From Patescibacteria group bacterium (GTDB taxonomy: Bacteria; Patescibacteriota; Minisyncoccia; Phycocordibacterales; WO2-35-19), in contig JBBTSI010000003.1 in assembly GCA_038064735.1 (NCBI GenBank), forward strand, positions 90,525 to 154,524: a stretch of DNA of 64,000 bases. The letters run 5' to 3'. Both the position numbers and the translations under genes were made by a program. The notes beneath the pieces are model-generated. The model was not told the origin of the DNA and made no database searches. It saw only the letters and a program-made list of their open reading frames with translations. Positions 37,804-47,996 of this stretch are shown one piece after another; within the stretch, counting starts at the first letter, position 1, and every line of letters starts with the position of its first letter.

Positions 37804-38925
37804 TCATTTCCCTTCCACGAAACTGAGGGCCATTTTTTGTTCCTTAGGATCAAAAATGTTGATTTTGAAGTTGTAAGTTTTACCGAGTTCTAATTTTTCA
37901 CGAAGTTTATCCTCAGTACCAAATTCGGAGACGTGTACGAGACCAGCCACTCCTTCTTCAATAGAGGCCAAAGCGCCATGTTTGTTAAATTTGATAATCA
38001 CTCCACTTACCGTGTCATCTTTTTTGTATTTTTTGCTGGCCTCAGTCCAAGGGTTGTCTCTCATAGCCTTGATGGAAAGAGAGATTTTGCCATCTTTGAT
38101 TTCAATAACTTTCACTTTTATTTTTTCACCAACTTTGGCAAATTTATGTGGATCATCAACTAGGCCCCAGTCAATTTCGGAAATATGAACTAAGCCTTCC
38201 AAACCATCTTCTATTTTGATGAAGATACCAAAATCAACGATACCGGTGACTTCGCCCATAATTTCATCTCCCAAAGTGTATTTGTCGATAATTTTACCTT
38301 TCTCGCTATTTTCAGGATCTTTTTCAGAGAAAATGAGTTTACCTTCTTTGGCATTGGTGGCGATGATAGCGACTGAAAGTTTTTGGCCGACTAATTTACG
38401 CAATTCATCCAATATTTTGTCTTTGTCCCCGTCAGAAATCCTAGGATAGTGTTCGGTTTTGAGTTGTGATGCAGGCAAGAAGCCGGAAATACCTTGCCAA
38501 ACCAGCATAAGTCCACCTCTGTTGGCTTCTTTGACAGGAATTTCAAATATTTTTTTATCTCTGATAGCTTCTTCAGCATCACTCCAGATAAGAGCTTGTT
38601 TGGCTTCTTTGAGTGAGATTTCTATATAACCTTCTTTGTTGCCTGTGCCGATTATTTTACCGGTAATTTTATCTCCGATATTTATCTTTTTTATAATGTC
38701 TCTGGCGTTAATGTATTCTTTACCGAAAATGACACCTGTACCCCAAGGTGGTAAATCTACGAAAATAGAATTTTTGGCGATAGATATGACACTACCTTCA
38801 ACTATAGAATCTTTGACAGGTGGCAAAATAGAATCATCCAAAAATTTGGACATTCTGCTATTTTCTTTTAAAACTTCTTTTTCGTCCGAAACTGACTCGT
38901 CTTTAACTAATGTTTTTTTAGCCAT
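37804..38925 (-). CDS. rpsA: 30S ribosomal protein bS1 (four S1 domains)
   Basis: ANRGGL, GFLPASQL, DFGIFI, EGLVHISEI, AGLVHVSEF. Confidence 0.93.
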   Translation of the reverse strand: MAKKTLVKDESVSDEKEVLKENSRMSKFLDDSILPPVKDSIVEGSVISIAKNSIFVDLPPWGTGVIFGKEYINARDIIKKINIGDKITGKIIGTGNKEGYIEISLKEAKQALIWSDAEEAIRDKKIFEIPVKEANRGGLMLVWQGISGFLPASQLKTEHYPRISDGDKDKILDELRKLVGQKLSVAIIATNAKEGKLIFSEKDPENSEKGKIIDKYTLGDEIMGEVTGIVDFGIFIKIEDGLEGLVHISEIDWGLVDDPHKFAKVGEKIKVKVIEIKDGKISLSIKAMRDNPWTEASKKYKKDDTVSGVIIKFNKHGALASIEEGVAGLVHVSEFGTEDKLREKLELGKTYNFKINIFDPKEQKMALSFVEGK

Positions 38926-39209
38926 ATTAATTAACAAAAAAACCGCAAGCTTTTTCACTTTTCTCTTGCCGGTAAGGTGTAGTGAAAGGTTAGGCTTTTG
39001 GAACTTCTTTTAATGGCAGTATTCTAGCAGAAACGTTTAAAATTGCAAGAATACATAGAAAAAAGTTAGGGGTTGACTTTTGGGGGTCAAGGGTATATAC
39101 TATATAGGTAAGTGATTAGTTTCTCTTTGTATGTTTTGCGGCTTTAAATCGCGGACAGCAGGCGGAACTCGCTTGGTCGTTTTAGTCGAAGTATAATTTA
39201 AAGCACGCA

Positions 39210-39488
39210 ATGAAAAAGCTTTTCGTAGGCAACTTGCCTTACAAAACAACTGATACCGATCTCAGAGACATGTTCTCAGGGAACGGTGAGGTTACCGAAG
39301 CTGTCGTTATCATGGACAGAGAAAGAGGCGTTTCAAAAGGTTTTGGTTTCGTTACCATGACCAATGACGCTGAAGCTACTGCCGCCATCGATGCATGGAA
39401 TGGTAAAGACGTTGAAGGTAGAGCTCTCACAGTAAATGAGGCTCGTCCTCAAGAGGCTCGTCCTCGTAGAGATAACTTCAGAAGATAA
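39210..39488 (+). CDS. RRM RNA-binding protein
   Basis: KLFVGNL (RNP2), KGFGFV (RNP1), LTVNEARP; terminator at 39507-39539. Confidence 0.95.
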   Translation: MKKLFVGNLPYKTTDTDLRDMFSGNGEVTEAVVIMDRERGVSKGFGFVTMTNDAEATAAIDAWNGKDVEGRALTVNEARPQEARPRRDNFRR

Positions 39489-39594
39489 TTTCTTTTGAGT
39501 TTACTCACAAAAAACCACTCATCTCGGGTGGTTTTTTGTTGTCTTTTTCCCCCTCTTAATATAAGAGTGGGTTAGGGGGTGATATAATATAAAT

Positions 39595-40077
39595 ATGAAA
39601 AAAACTGGGATAATTTTGATGATAATGGTGGGACTCACAGTTTTGGCTTTTGCTAATAGTTATTTTAATGGAAATGGGCAGATTAAGCAGATTGAAATAC
39701 CAAAAATTATAAAAATTGGTGATGTGACACTTGATATAGAGGTGGCAAATACCAGTGCAACTAGAGAGCAAGGGCTTTCAGGGAAAATTGCCAAAGAAGG
39801 TGATCCGCTCGGATTGGGATTAGGAGAAAATGAAGGCCTGCTCTTTATTTTTGAGAAAGAAGGATATTACGGATTTTGGATGAAAGATATGAATTTTGCT
39901 ATTGATATGGTTTGGATTGATAAAAATAAAAAAATAATTCATATAGAGAAGAATGTAGCGACGAGTACTTATCCAAAAATTTTCAATCCAAACTCTTCAA
40001 GTTTGTATGTCCTAGAAATCCCATCTGGATTTTTGGTGAAAAATAACGTGAAAATCGGCGACTTTGTTGCCTTTTAA
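39595..40077 (+). CDS. DUF192 domain protein
   Basis: REQGLS, GLLFIF, FWMKDMNFAIDMVWI, YVLEI. Confidence 0.92.
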   Translation: MKKTGIILMIMVGLTVLAFANSYFNGNGQIKQIEIPKIIKIGDVTLDIEVANTSATREQGLSGKIAKEGDPLGLGLGENEGLLFIFEKEGYYGFWMKDMNFAIDMVWIDKNKKIIHIEKNVATSTYPKIFNPNSSSLYVLEIPSGFLVKNNVKIGDFVAF

Positions 40078-40207
40078 ATCTTTCTGTTTTGTGACAGTTA
40101 TCCACAGGTTTTAAACAGATAAAAATTGTAAAATGAATCACACCGATTTTTTAATTTTTAACAAAATTTAACAAAATATTATCAATTTTTAATTATTTTA
40201 TAAAAAT

Positions 40208-42523
40208 ATGCCTCAAAAAATCAAAAAAACCGCCAAAAAATACGCAATGGAGAGTTTTATAAAAAATGTCCAAAAGCGTGACGGTTCAGTTGTCAAATTT
40301 GATTTTGAGAGGATTGTAACCGCCATAAGTAAAGCTATGGTGGCTTCAAGTGAAGGTTCTAAACCTGAGGCAAGATTGGTGGCCAATAAAGTCTTGGCTG
40401 ATTTGGTCAGGATTTCTAAAAAATTCAAAAATTTTGTGCCAACCGTTGAAGGTATCCAAGATTCGGTTGAAAAAGAACTTATGCTTTCGGAGTATATCTC
40501 AACAGCCAAAGCTTATATTTTGTACCGTGAAGACCGTACTAAAACCAGAGAGCAAGAAAAAATGGTGCCGGCAGAAGTAAAAGCTAAAATTATAGAAAGC
40601 AGTAAGTATTTCAGTACATCGTATCAAGAATTTATTTTCTACCAGTTTTATTCCAGATGGCGTGATGAGCTTGGTCGCAGAGAGACGTGGATTGAAGCTG
40701 TGGATCGCTTTATGGATTATATGAAAGAAAATATGGGTAGCAAACTCACAGCTATTGAATATGCAGAAGTAAGAGAAGGTATTTTGAAACAAGAAGTTTG
40801 TCCTTCAATGCGTTTGCTTTGGTCATCTGGTAAAGCTTGCCGCAGGACTCATGTGACTTCGTACAATTGTGCTTACATCGCTCCAACATGTTGGCAAGAT
40901 CTGGCAGAAATTATGTATGTATCGATGTGTGGCGCCGGTTGTGGTTTTTCTGTTGAACCTGAAAATGTTGGTAAATTTCCTCAAATTCAAAAACAAACCG
41001 GCAAAATGGCTTCTACGATAGTGGTAGAAGATGACAAAATAGGTTGGTGCAATGCTTTTGTAGAAGCTTGTAAAGTTTGGGAGAAAGGTTTTGATGTTGA
41101 AATTGATTATTCTAAAATTCGTCCATCTGGCGCTAAACTTGAAACTATGGGCGGTAGAGCTTCTGGCCCGGCTCCGCTTCAAGAAGTGATGCAATTTACT
41201 AAACGTAAAATTTTGGCTAAACAAGGCAGGAGACTTTCAACTTTAGATTTACATGACATTGTTTGTCAGATAGGTTTGGTTGTCGTAGCTGGTGGTGTCA
41301 GACGCAGTGCTCTTATTTCTCTTTCTGCTTTTGATGATAATGAAATGCGTGATTCCAAAAAAGGCGCTTTTTGGCAGACTGATGGTCAGCGCTCTATGGC
41401 CAACAATTCAGCTGTTTACGAAAATAAACCGTCTGCCGAAGAATTTTTGGAAGAATGGACAGCACTCGTTACTTCGCATGCTGGTGAAAGAGGTATTTTT
41501 AACCGTGCTGGATTAGAATTTCAAGTGCCAAAAAGACGATGGGAAAATCTTAAAGATTTAAAACAAGTCGGTATGAATCCTTGCGGTGAAATTTATCTCC
41601 AATCAAAACAATTTTGCAATTTGACCTCTATTGTTATCAGACCAACCGATGATATAGAAAATTTAAAACGCAAAATTCGTCTCGCTACTCTCATCGGTAC
41701 TTATCAAGCAACTTTGACCAAATTTGAATATCTTTCTAAAGAATGGAAAGAAAATTGTGAAAAAGAACAGCTTCTTGGGGTTTCTCTTACTGGATATTAT
41801 GATAATAAATTAGTTCGAAATGATGAAAATTTGCGTGCCCTTCGTGATGAAGCAATTAAAACAAACAAAAAATATGCCAAACGATTTGGAGTAAATGAAT
41901 CGACAGCCATTACTTGTGTTAAGCCACATGGCAATTCCGGACAACTTCTGGGAGTTGGTTCTGGTATGCATGCTTGGTATTCCAAATATTATATTCGTCG
42001 CGTCAGGATTTCTGCTGCCGACCCACTTCTCAAGCTTGCGAAGGATCAAGGTGTGCCAGTAAAGCCAGAAGTTGGTTATTCAACTTCCAACGCTTCCACT
42101 TTGGTTCTTGAATTTCCATGTAAAGCACCGGAAGGAGCTGTGGTCAGTAAAGATGTTTCAGCTTTGGCGTTACTTGAAGAATGGAAACGTCTCAAAATCA
42201 ATTTCACGGAACACAATCCTTCAGCCACTATATATGTGAGCGATGATGAATGGATAGCTGTAGCAAATTTCGTTTACAAAAATTGGGAGCTTGTGGGAGG
42301 ACTCACATTTTTACCGAGAGATAATCATATCTACCAACTTGCACCTTATGAAGAGATAAATAAAGAAGAATACGACAGACGAGTCAAAGAACTCAAACAT
42401 ATTGATTTTTCTAGACTTTTGCTTTATGAGTCTAGTGACAATACTGTAGGTGCCAAAGAATTAGCTTGTGTTTCTGGTGTTTGTTCTATTAACGACATCG
42501 CTCCTCAAATTGAAGCAAAATAA
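40208..42523 (+). CDS. nrdJ: Class II (B12-dependent) ribonucleotide reductase with ATP-cone
   Basis: VQKRDG ATP-cone, RRETW, YNC, VVAGGVRRSALI, NPCGEI, FCNL, C-terminal ELACVSGVC; no small subunit adjacent. Confidence 0.9.
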   Translation: MPQKIKKTAKKYAMESFIKNVQKRDGSVVKFDFERIVTAISKAMVASSEGSKPEARLVANKVLADLVRISKKFKNFVPTVEGIQDSVEKELMLSEYISTAKAYILYREDRTKTREQEKMVPAEVKAKIIESSKYFSTSYQEFIFYQFYSRWRDELGRRETWIEAVDRFMDYMKENMGSKLTAIEYAEVREGILKQEVCPSMRLLWSSGKACRRTHVTSYNCAYIAPTCWQDLAEIMYVSMCGAGCGFSVEPENVGKFPQIQKQTGKMASTIVVEDDKIGWCNAFVEACKVWEKGFDVEIDYSKIRPSGAKLETMGGRASGPAPLQEVMQFTKRKILAKQGRRLSTLDLHDIVCQIGLVVVAGGVRRSALISLSAFDDNEMRDSKKGAFWQTDGQRSMANNSAVYENKPSAEEFLEEWTALVTSHAGERGIFNRAGLEFQVPKRRWENLKDLKQVGMNPCGEIYLQSKQFCNLTSIVIRPTDDIENLKRKIRLATLIGTYQATLTKFEYLSKEWKENCEKEQLLGVSLTGYYDNKLVRNDENLRALRDEAIKTNKKYAKRFGVNESTAITCVKPHGNSGQLLGVGSGMHAWYSKYYIRRVRISAADPLLKLAKDQGVPVKPEVGYSTSNASTLVLEFPCKAPEGAVVSKDVSALALLEEWKRLKINFTEHNPSATIYVSDDEWIAVANFVYKNWELVGGLTFLPRDNHIYQLAPYEEINKEEYDRRVKELKHIDFSRLLLYESSDNTVGAKELACVSGVCSINDIAPQIEAK

Positions 42524-42602
42524 ATTGTTTGTCCACCGAAAATTTAATATTGTTGCCAAATTTTTGGTATAATTTTGGTATAACTAATTAATTTAAAATC
42601 GT

Positions 42603-43637
42603 ATGGAAAACAAAACAATAAAAGTCGCCATAAATGGCGCGGGGAGGATTGGCAGAGCATTTTTGAAATTGGCTTTGAAAGAGTCGAGTATTGAAATTGT
42701 AGCCATGAATGATTTGGGTGATATTGAAAATATCGCTTACTTACTGAAGTATGATACCGCTTATGGCAACGCTCAGTTTCCTGTTTCAGTCAAAGAAGAC
42801 AAAACTGCGATTATTGTAAACGGAAAAGAAATTAAATTTTTGAGCGAAAAAGATCCTGCTGTTTTGCCTTGGAAAGATTTGGATGTGGATGTGGTCATTG
42901 AGTCAACGGGCGCTTTTACTGGTTATGAAAAAGCTAGAGCTCACGTCACTGCCGGAGCCAAAAGAGTGGTCATTACTGCGCCAGCCAAAGGCGAACCAAA
43001 AGATGAAACTGAGGTGATGGTTCTCATGGGTATAAATGATGAAAAATTGGAAAAAAGTGTCATCAGTTCAAATGCTTCTTGTACCACTAACGCGATTTCG
43101 CCAGTTATTCAAATTTTGCACGAAAAAATTGGCATTGATAAAGCCATACTCAACACCACTCACGCTTACACTGCCAGCCAAGTGACTGTTGATGGGCCAA
43201 ACAAAAAAGATTGGAAAGAGGGCAGAGCCGCCGCTCAAAATATTATTCCCACTTCAACTGGTGCCGCCAAAGCTCTGACTAAAATAGTAACTGATTTGGA
43301 AGGTAAGTTTGACGGGCTTTCAATGCGAGTGCCTGTGGTTGCCGGTTCTATCGCTGATGTGACTTTCATTAGTAAGAGAGATACTACAGTAGAAGAAGTT
43401 AATAAAGTTCTCAAAGAGGCTGCTAGTGAGCCGAGGTGGCAAGGTCTTTATACTGTGACTGAAGATTTGATTGTTTCTAGTGATATTGTTGGTTCACTTT
43501 TTGGTTCAATAGCCGATTTAGGACTGACCAAAGTTATCGGTGGCAATTTGGTTAAAGTATGTGCTTGGTATGATAATGAGATGGGGTACACTAACACTCT
43601 TATTAAACATGTTTTGAAAATTGGAACGTTTTTATAA
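42603..43637 (+). CDS. gap: Glyceraldehyde-3-phosphate dehydrogenase
   Basis: AINGAGRIGR, SNASCTTN, WYDNE. Confidence 0.97.
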   Translation: MENKTIKVAINGAGRIGRAFLKLALKESSIEIVAMNDLGDIENIAYLLKYDTAYGNAQFPVSVKEDKTAIIVNGKEIKFLSEKDPAVLPWKDLDVDVVIESTGAFTGYEKARAHVTAGAKRVVITAPAKGEPKDETEVMVLMGINDEKLEKSVISSNASCTTNAISPVIQILHEKIGIDKAILNTTHAYTASQVTVDGPNKKDWKEGRAAAQNIIPTSTGAAKALTKIVTDLEGKFDGLSMRVPVVAGSIADVTFISKRDTTVEEVNKVLKEAASEPRWQGLYTVTEDLIVSSDIVGSLFGSIADLGLTKVIGGNLVKVCAWYDNEMGYTNTLIKHVLKIGTFL

Positions 43638-43650
43638 TTGATTTTATTTT

Positions 43651-44037
43651 ATGAACAAACAAAAATTTTTGGTTGGGATTACGGGGATTTGGTTATTAGT
43701 AAATTTACCAATTATTCCATTTGCTGGATCATTAGTAATTGCTTTTCTATCAAATAATTCTTCTGATATAAGAGTACCCTTTGCAATATTATCTTTTTCA
43801 GTTTTCTCTATTGTTTTTATTCTGAATAGGTGTTGGTTTAAAAAATATACTAGTCTTCCCGTTTTTTTGACTTTTATTATATTTATTTTTAGTACCCTTT
43901 CATTACAATCCGTTAATAAATTTATGAGTAATCATTTTTATGTGGGATATGGGTTACTCGTTGCATTCTTTATTTTATGCATCATGGTAGTAATAGAAGC
44001 AATGCACAAATATCCATTATTTAAAAAAAATAAATGA
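43651..44037 (+). CDS. AT-rich hypothetical membrane protein
   Basis: Four hydrophobic segments; stop overlaps the rpiB start (ATGA). Confidence 0.65.
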   Translation: MNKQKFLVGITGIWLLVNLPIIPFAGSLVIAFLSNNSSDIRVPFAILSFSVFSIVFILNRCWFKKYTSLPVFLTFIIFIFSTLSLQSVNKFMSNHFYVGYGLLVAFFILCIMVVIEAMHKYPLFKKNK

Positions 44038-44477
44038 AAATATATTTTGCAGCGGATCATGCGGGGTTTGAGATGAAAGGAGCTTTGATTGAGTTTGTCA
44101 AAGAGTTTGGTTTTGAGGTTGAAGATTGCGGAGCTTATGAGTTGAACCCAAATGACGATTATCCGGAGTTTGTGAAAAAAGCGGCACAGGCAGTCTCTGA
44201 GGCCCCAGAAACCTCAAGGGCAATAGTTTTAGGAGGCAGTGGTCAAGGAGAGGACATGGTGGCTGACAAGTTTACCAATGTCCGTTCGGCCGAATATTAT
44301 GGTGGCAATTTGGAAGTCATCAAACTTTCTCGTGAACACAACAATGCTAATGTGCTCTCTCTCGGCGCCAGATTTTTAACTTTGGATGAAGCCAAGGAAG
44401 CGGTCAAACTTTGGCTCGGAACCCCTTATTCTAATGAACCACGCCACGGCAGAAGAATTAGTGAAATTGAAAATTAA
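44034..44477 (+). CDS. rpiB: Ribose-5-phosphate isomerase B family
   Basis: AADHAG, DDYP, GGSGQGE, REHNNANVL, RHGRRI. Confidence 0.94.
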   Translation: MKIYFAADHAGFEMKGALIEFVKEFGFEVEDCGAYELNPNDDYPEFVKKAAQAVSEAPETSRAIVLGGSGQGEDMVADKFTNVRSAEYYGGNLEVIKLSREHNNANVLSLGARFLTLDEAKEAVKLWLGTPYSNEPRHGRRISEIEN

Positions 44478-44486
44478 ATTTAAAAA

Positions 44487-45329
44487 ATGCTGCAGATTAC
44501 AGATGACAAAATAAAATGGTTGGAGGAGAAAGCGCGAGATATAAGAGTCTCGATTATTGAAATGCTCGTGGAAGCAGGAAGTGGACATCCAGGTGGAGCG
44601 CTTGGCATGGCTGATATTTTCTCGGCATTGTATTTTTTCATATTGAAACACGACCCAACCAATCCTGAATGGAACGACAGAGACCGTTTGGTGCTTTCCA
44701 ATGGCCACATTTGTCCGGTACTTTATGCGACGCTAGCTCATAGTGGTTATATTAAAATGGAAGAACTGAAAACTTTGAGAAAGTTTGGTTCGAGACTCCA
44801 AGGACATCCTGATCGTAGGTTTTTACCGTTTTTGGAAACCACTTCCGGTCCTTTGGGTTGTGGGCTTTCGCAAGCTGTTGGTATGTGTCTGGCTGATGGA
44901 ATGGACTCAGGTATGCATTCAGAAAAACAATTTTATTGCATTTTGAGCGACGGCGAACTTGATGAAGGAAATATTTGGGAAGCGGTGATGCTTGGCGCTA
45001 AAGAAAGACTTCAAAATTTAACCGTGATTATAGATAGAAATAAAATACAACTAAGCGGAGATACTGAAAGTATAATGCCATTAGAACCATTGGGGGCAAA
45101 ATGGGAAGCATTCAATTGGCACGTTCAAACAATAAACGGCAATAATATCCAAGAAATAATCAAAGCTGTCAGCCAAGCTCAAGCAGTTTTTGATAAACCT
45201 TCAGTGATAATCGCACAAACCATCCCGGGCAAAGGAGTTTCTTTTATGGAAGGCAAGTGGCAATGGCACGGCAAACCGTTGACCAAAGAAGAAGCCGAGC
45301 AAGCTTTAAGTGAATTAAAAAATGCTTAA
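44487..45329 (+). CDS. Transketolase, N-terminal subunit
   Basis: SGHPGG, DRLVLSNGH, LQGHP, DGELDEG...N TPP motif, WHG. Confidence 0.94.
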   Translation: MLQITDDKIKWLEEKARDIRVSIIEMLVEAGSGHPGGALGMADIFSALYFFILKHDPTNPEWNDRDRLVLSNGHICPVLYATLAHSGYIKMEELKTLRKFGSRLQGHPDRRFLPFLETTSGPLGCGLSQAVGMCLADGMDSGMHSEKQFYCILSDGELDEGNIWEAVMLGAKERLQNLTVIIDRNKIQLSGDTESIMPLEPLGAKWEAFNWHVQTINGNNIQEIIKAVSQAQAVFDKPSVIIAQTIPGKGVSFMEGKWQWHGKPLTKEEAEQALSELKNA

Positions 45330-45786
45330 TCAAAATTATCAATAAATATTAATTAAACTAAAAAACTAAAATGAAAAAAATTTTAAAAATTTGCTGGATA
45401 TTAACAGGATTTATTTTTCTTGCTGGTTTAATTTTATCAATATATGGTTGGGGTTGCGGTTATAGTAGTGGCTATAATTTATTGTGCTCTTCTAAACAAT
45501 CATTGGGTCTTGCTCTTGTTGTTCTATTGATACCACTCTCTGTTTTCAGTATTGCTTATAAAATAAGTGAAAATAATAGATTGAATAAAACGGCAAGCGA
45601 AAATGATGAAGATAAGCAAAAAAGGAAAAAAGATAATCATTTTCTTTTAATTATTTTTATTAGTTTTATCGCATTCTTTTTGATTATGTATAGTTTTCTT
45701 ACTTTTATTGTGGGTGTGCGCTGGGGTTAGAAAATAATCGTAAACAGAATTAAAAAATGTGAATTAAAAAATGCTTAATCAAAATT
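45310..45786 (+). repeat. Perfect 28-bp direct repeat (45310-45337 and 45759-45786) flanking an inserted gene
   Basis: GTGAATTAAAAAATGCTTAATCAAAATT occurs twice. Confidence 0.9.
45371..45730 (+). CDS. AT-rich three-TM hypothetical protein
   Basis: Hydrophobic ORF between the transketolase halves. Confidence 0.7.
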   Translation: MKKILKICWILTGFIFLAGLILSIYGWGCGYSSGYNLLCSSKQSLGLALVVLLIPLSVFSIAYKISENNRLNKTASENDEDKQKRKKDNHFLLIIFISFIAFFLIMYSFLTFIVGVRWG

Positions 45787-46763
45787 TAAAACTGAATCCA
45801 AAAATATTCGAACCTGATGTAGAGCTAGGGATGACTCGCGAAGGTTTTAGCGAGGGTTTGGTTTTGGCGGCGGATGCAGATAAAAACGTAGTTGGTCTTT
45901 GTGCTGATATGAATAAGTCCACTTTCATGCATCTTTTTGCAGAGAAATATCCGGAGCGTTTTGTGCAAATTGGTATTGCTGAACAAAATTTAGTTACAGT
46001 TGCTAGTGGTATGGCCGCTATGGGCAAGATACCGTTCGTAACATCACTCGCTATGTTTGCTCCAGGGCGTAGTTGGGAACAAATCAGGACAACCATTGCC
46101 CTTAATAATAGACCTGTAAAAATTATGGGTAGTTATTCCGGATTTTCTACTGGGCCAGATGGAGGCACTCATCAAGCTCTTGAAGATATCGCTTTGATGC
46201 GAGTTTTGCCAAATATGATTTTGCTTTCTCCTTGTGATGCGATTGAAGCCAAAAAATCAGCCATCGCAGCGGCCAAGATAAATCAACCGGTATATATTCG
46301 TTTAGGAAAAACTGTAACTCCGATTATTACCACTGAAGAAACACCTTTTGAAATCGGCAAAGCTCAAGTTCTCTTTGCGCCACCAATGACTGCTCAAATC
46401 GGTATTATCGCGACTGGCCCGCTTATATATGAAGCATTGGTAGCTGCGCAAAATTTTTCGCAGAAGGGGATTGCGGTTAAAGTTTTAAATATTGCTAGCA
46501 TCCGTCCACTTGATTTTGAAGCAATAATAAATTTGGCTAAAGAAACTGGTGCTATTGTGACAGTTGAAGAACATCAGATAGTTGGTGGTCTCGGCTCTAG
46601 TATCGCTGAAGTTTTGGTACAAAACTTTCCAGTGCCAGTTGAATTTGTTGGAGTTTTTGATCAATTTGGTCAGTCTGGCACTCCAGAAGAGCTCAAAAAA
46701 CATTACAATATAGGTGTCTCTAGTATTGAAAGAGCGGTTGAAAAAGTGATGGGGAGGAAATAA
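45771..46763 (+). CDS. Transketolase, C-terminal subunit
   Basis: GIAEQN, GPDGGTHQALED, VEEH, GGLGS, FGQSG. Confidence 0.94.
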   Translation: MLNQNLKLNPKIFEPDVELGMTREGFSEGLVLAADADKNVVGLCADMNKSTFMHLFAEKYPERFVQIGIAEQNLVTVASGMAAMGKIPFVTSLAMFAPGRSWEQIRTTIALNNRPVKIMGSYSGFSTGPDGGTHQALEDIALMRVLPNMILLSPCDAIEAKKSAIAAAKINQPVYIRLGKTVTPIITTEETPFEIGKAQVLFAPPMTAQIGIIATGPLIYEALVAAQNFSQKGIAVKVLNIASIRPLDFEAIINLAKETGAIVTVEEHQIVGGLGSSIAEVLVQNFPVPVEFVGVFDQFGQSGTPEELKKHYNIGVSSIERAVEKVMGRK

Positions 46764-46799
46764 ACTTGCATTAAAAATTAGATTTGCTATAATTGAAGA

Positions 46800-46906
46800 C
46801 TGATTAGCTTTAGCTGTTCCTTACACTATATCCCAGCTTTAACCACTGGGCATAGCAAATCCCAAGCAAAAGGGCTGACTTCTTCGGAAGTCAGCCCTGA
46901 ATTTTT
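46800..46906 (+). ncRNA. Candidate small RNA ending in a C(UUCG)G terminator
   Basis: TTGCAT-16-TATAAT promoter (46766-46793), no ATG-started ORF, AGGGCTGACTTC-TTCG-GAAGTCAGCCCT at 46871-46898. Confidence 0.45.
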
Positions 46907-46920
46907 ATATAAAAAATATT

Positions 46921-47931
46921 TTACATTATTTTTTGTGGACGATAGTTTTGAGGAGCCCCAGCAATATATTTGAGCATATCTTGTTGAGTGAGTAATCCTT
47001 TTTGAGCACCGACATATTGGACGACCGACATTGAGTTGATTGGTGCCCAGAGGAAAGCGTCAAAAAGTGATTTACCGAGCGCAATAGCAGAAGTGAAAGT
47101 AGAGGAGAAAGCGTCTCCAGCACCAGTGCGGTCGTAAGGTGGTTTTGGATCAGGAAAAGTTGGCATAAAGAAACCTTCATAACCATCATAAGCGTAAGCA
47201 CCTTTCGGCCCATCGGTAATAACTGCGACATTTGGTCCGACATCATGCATGGCTTTCAATAAATTTTTGATATCACCTTCATCAGGTCTGTTTAATATTT
47301 TTTTAGCTTCTTCTACGTTGCAGAAAAATATATCAGAACGGCTGTATAAATCTTTTAATACTTCAGTCCCCATTTTCATTTGGAAAGTACCAGGTTGAAA
47401 AGCCAGTTTTATATCTTTATGATTATTTAAATATTCAGCGATTTGTCTGTGATAATCTGTAGAATTTTCACCAACCGAAGAAAGGTAAACCCATTTGGGG
47501 TTACCTATATCAGGTAACTTATATTCATAATCTTCGTGTTTGATTAAGATTGTACGGTCATCTTCAAACCACAAAACATAATGATAGTTTGTAATTTTAT
47601 CTTTATGAGTAGTGACGAAATCGGTCTTCACGCCGTTTTTTTCTAGTGTAGCTTTGCATTCATTGCCTTGATGATCATCACCCAAATCAGTCACAAAAGC
47701 AGAATTGAGGCCCAGTCGCGCAGCACAAACCGCAGCGTTGGCGCTGTTGCCGACAGCTTTGACTTCTTCTACAAATTCATAAGGCACTTTGTCGCCAAAT
47801 CTTAAAATGAGTTCTGATTTACGTCCGTCAGGGCCAGTGCCAACTTTGGCATCTTTGAGTCTGATGAAAGCATCGGTCACAATGTCACCAATAGCAATGA
47901 AATCAAAATCTTTTTTGTTAAAGAAATCCAT
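46921..47931 (-). CDS. PfkB-family carbohydrate kinase
   Basis: GNSANAAV, FQPG, ITDGPKGA, DRTGAGDAF. Confidence 0.92.
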   Translation of the reverse strand: MDFFNKKDFDFIAIGDIVTDAFIRLKDAKVGTGPDGRKSELILRFGDKVPYEFVEEVKAVGNSANAAVCAARLGLNSAFVTDLGDDHQGNECKATLEKNGVKTDFVTTHKDKITNYHYVLWFEDDRTILIKHEDYEYKLPDIGNPKWVYLSSVGENSTDYHRQIAEYLNNHKDIKLAFQPGTFQMKMGTEVLKDLYSRSDIFFCNVEEAKKILNRPDEGDIKNLLKAMHDVGPNVAVITDGPKGAYAYDGYEGFFMPTFPDPKPPYDRTGAGDAFSSTFTSAIALGKSLFDAFLWAPINSMSVVQYVGAQKGLLTQQDMLKYIAGAPQNYRPQKIM

Positions 47932-47996
47932 CAAGATTATTATACACTGTTAAAAATTTTTAAAAAATAAAAATGTGATAATATTGTGGATATGAA

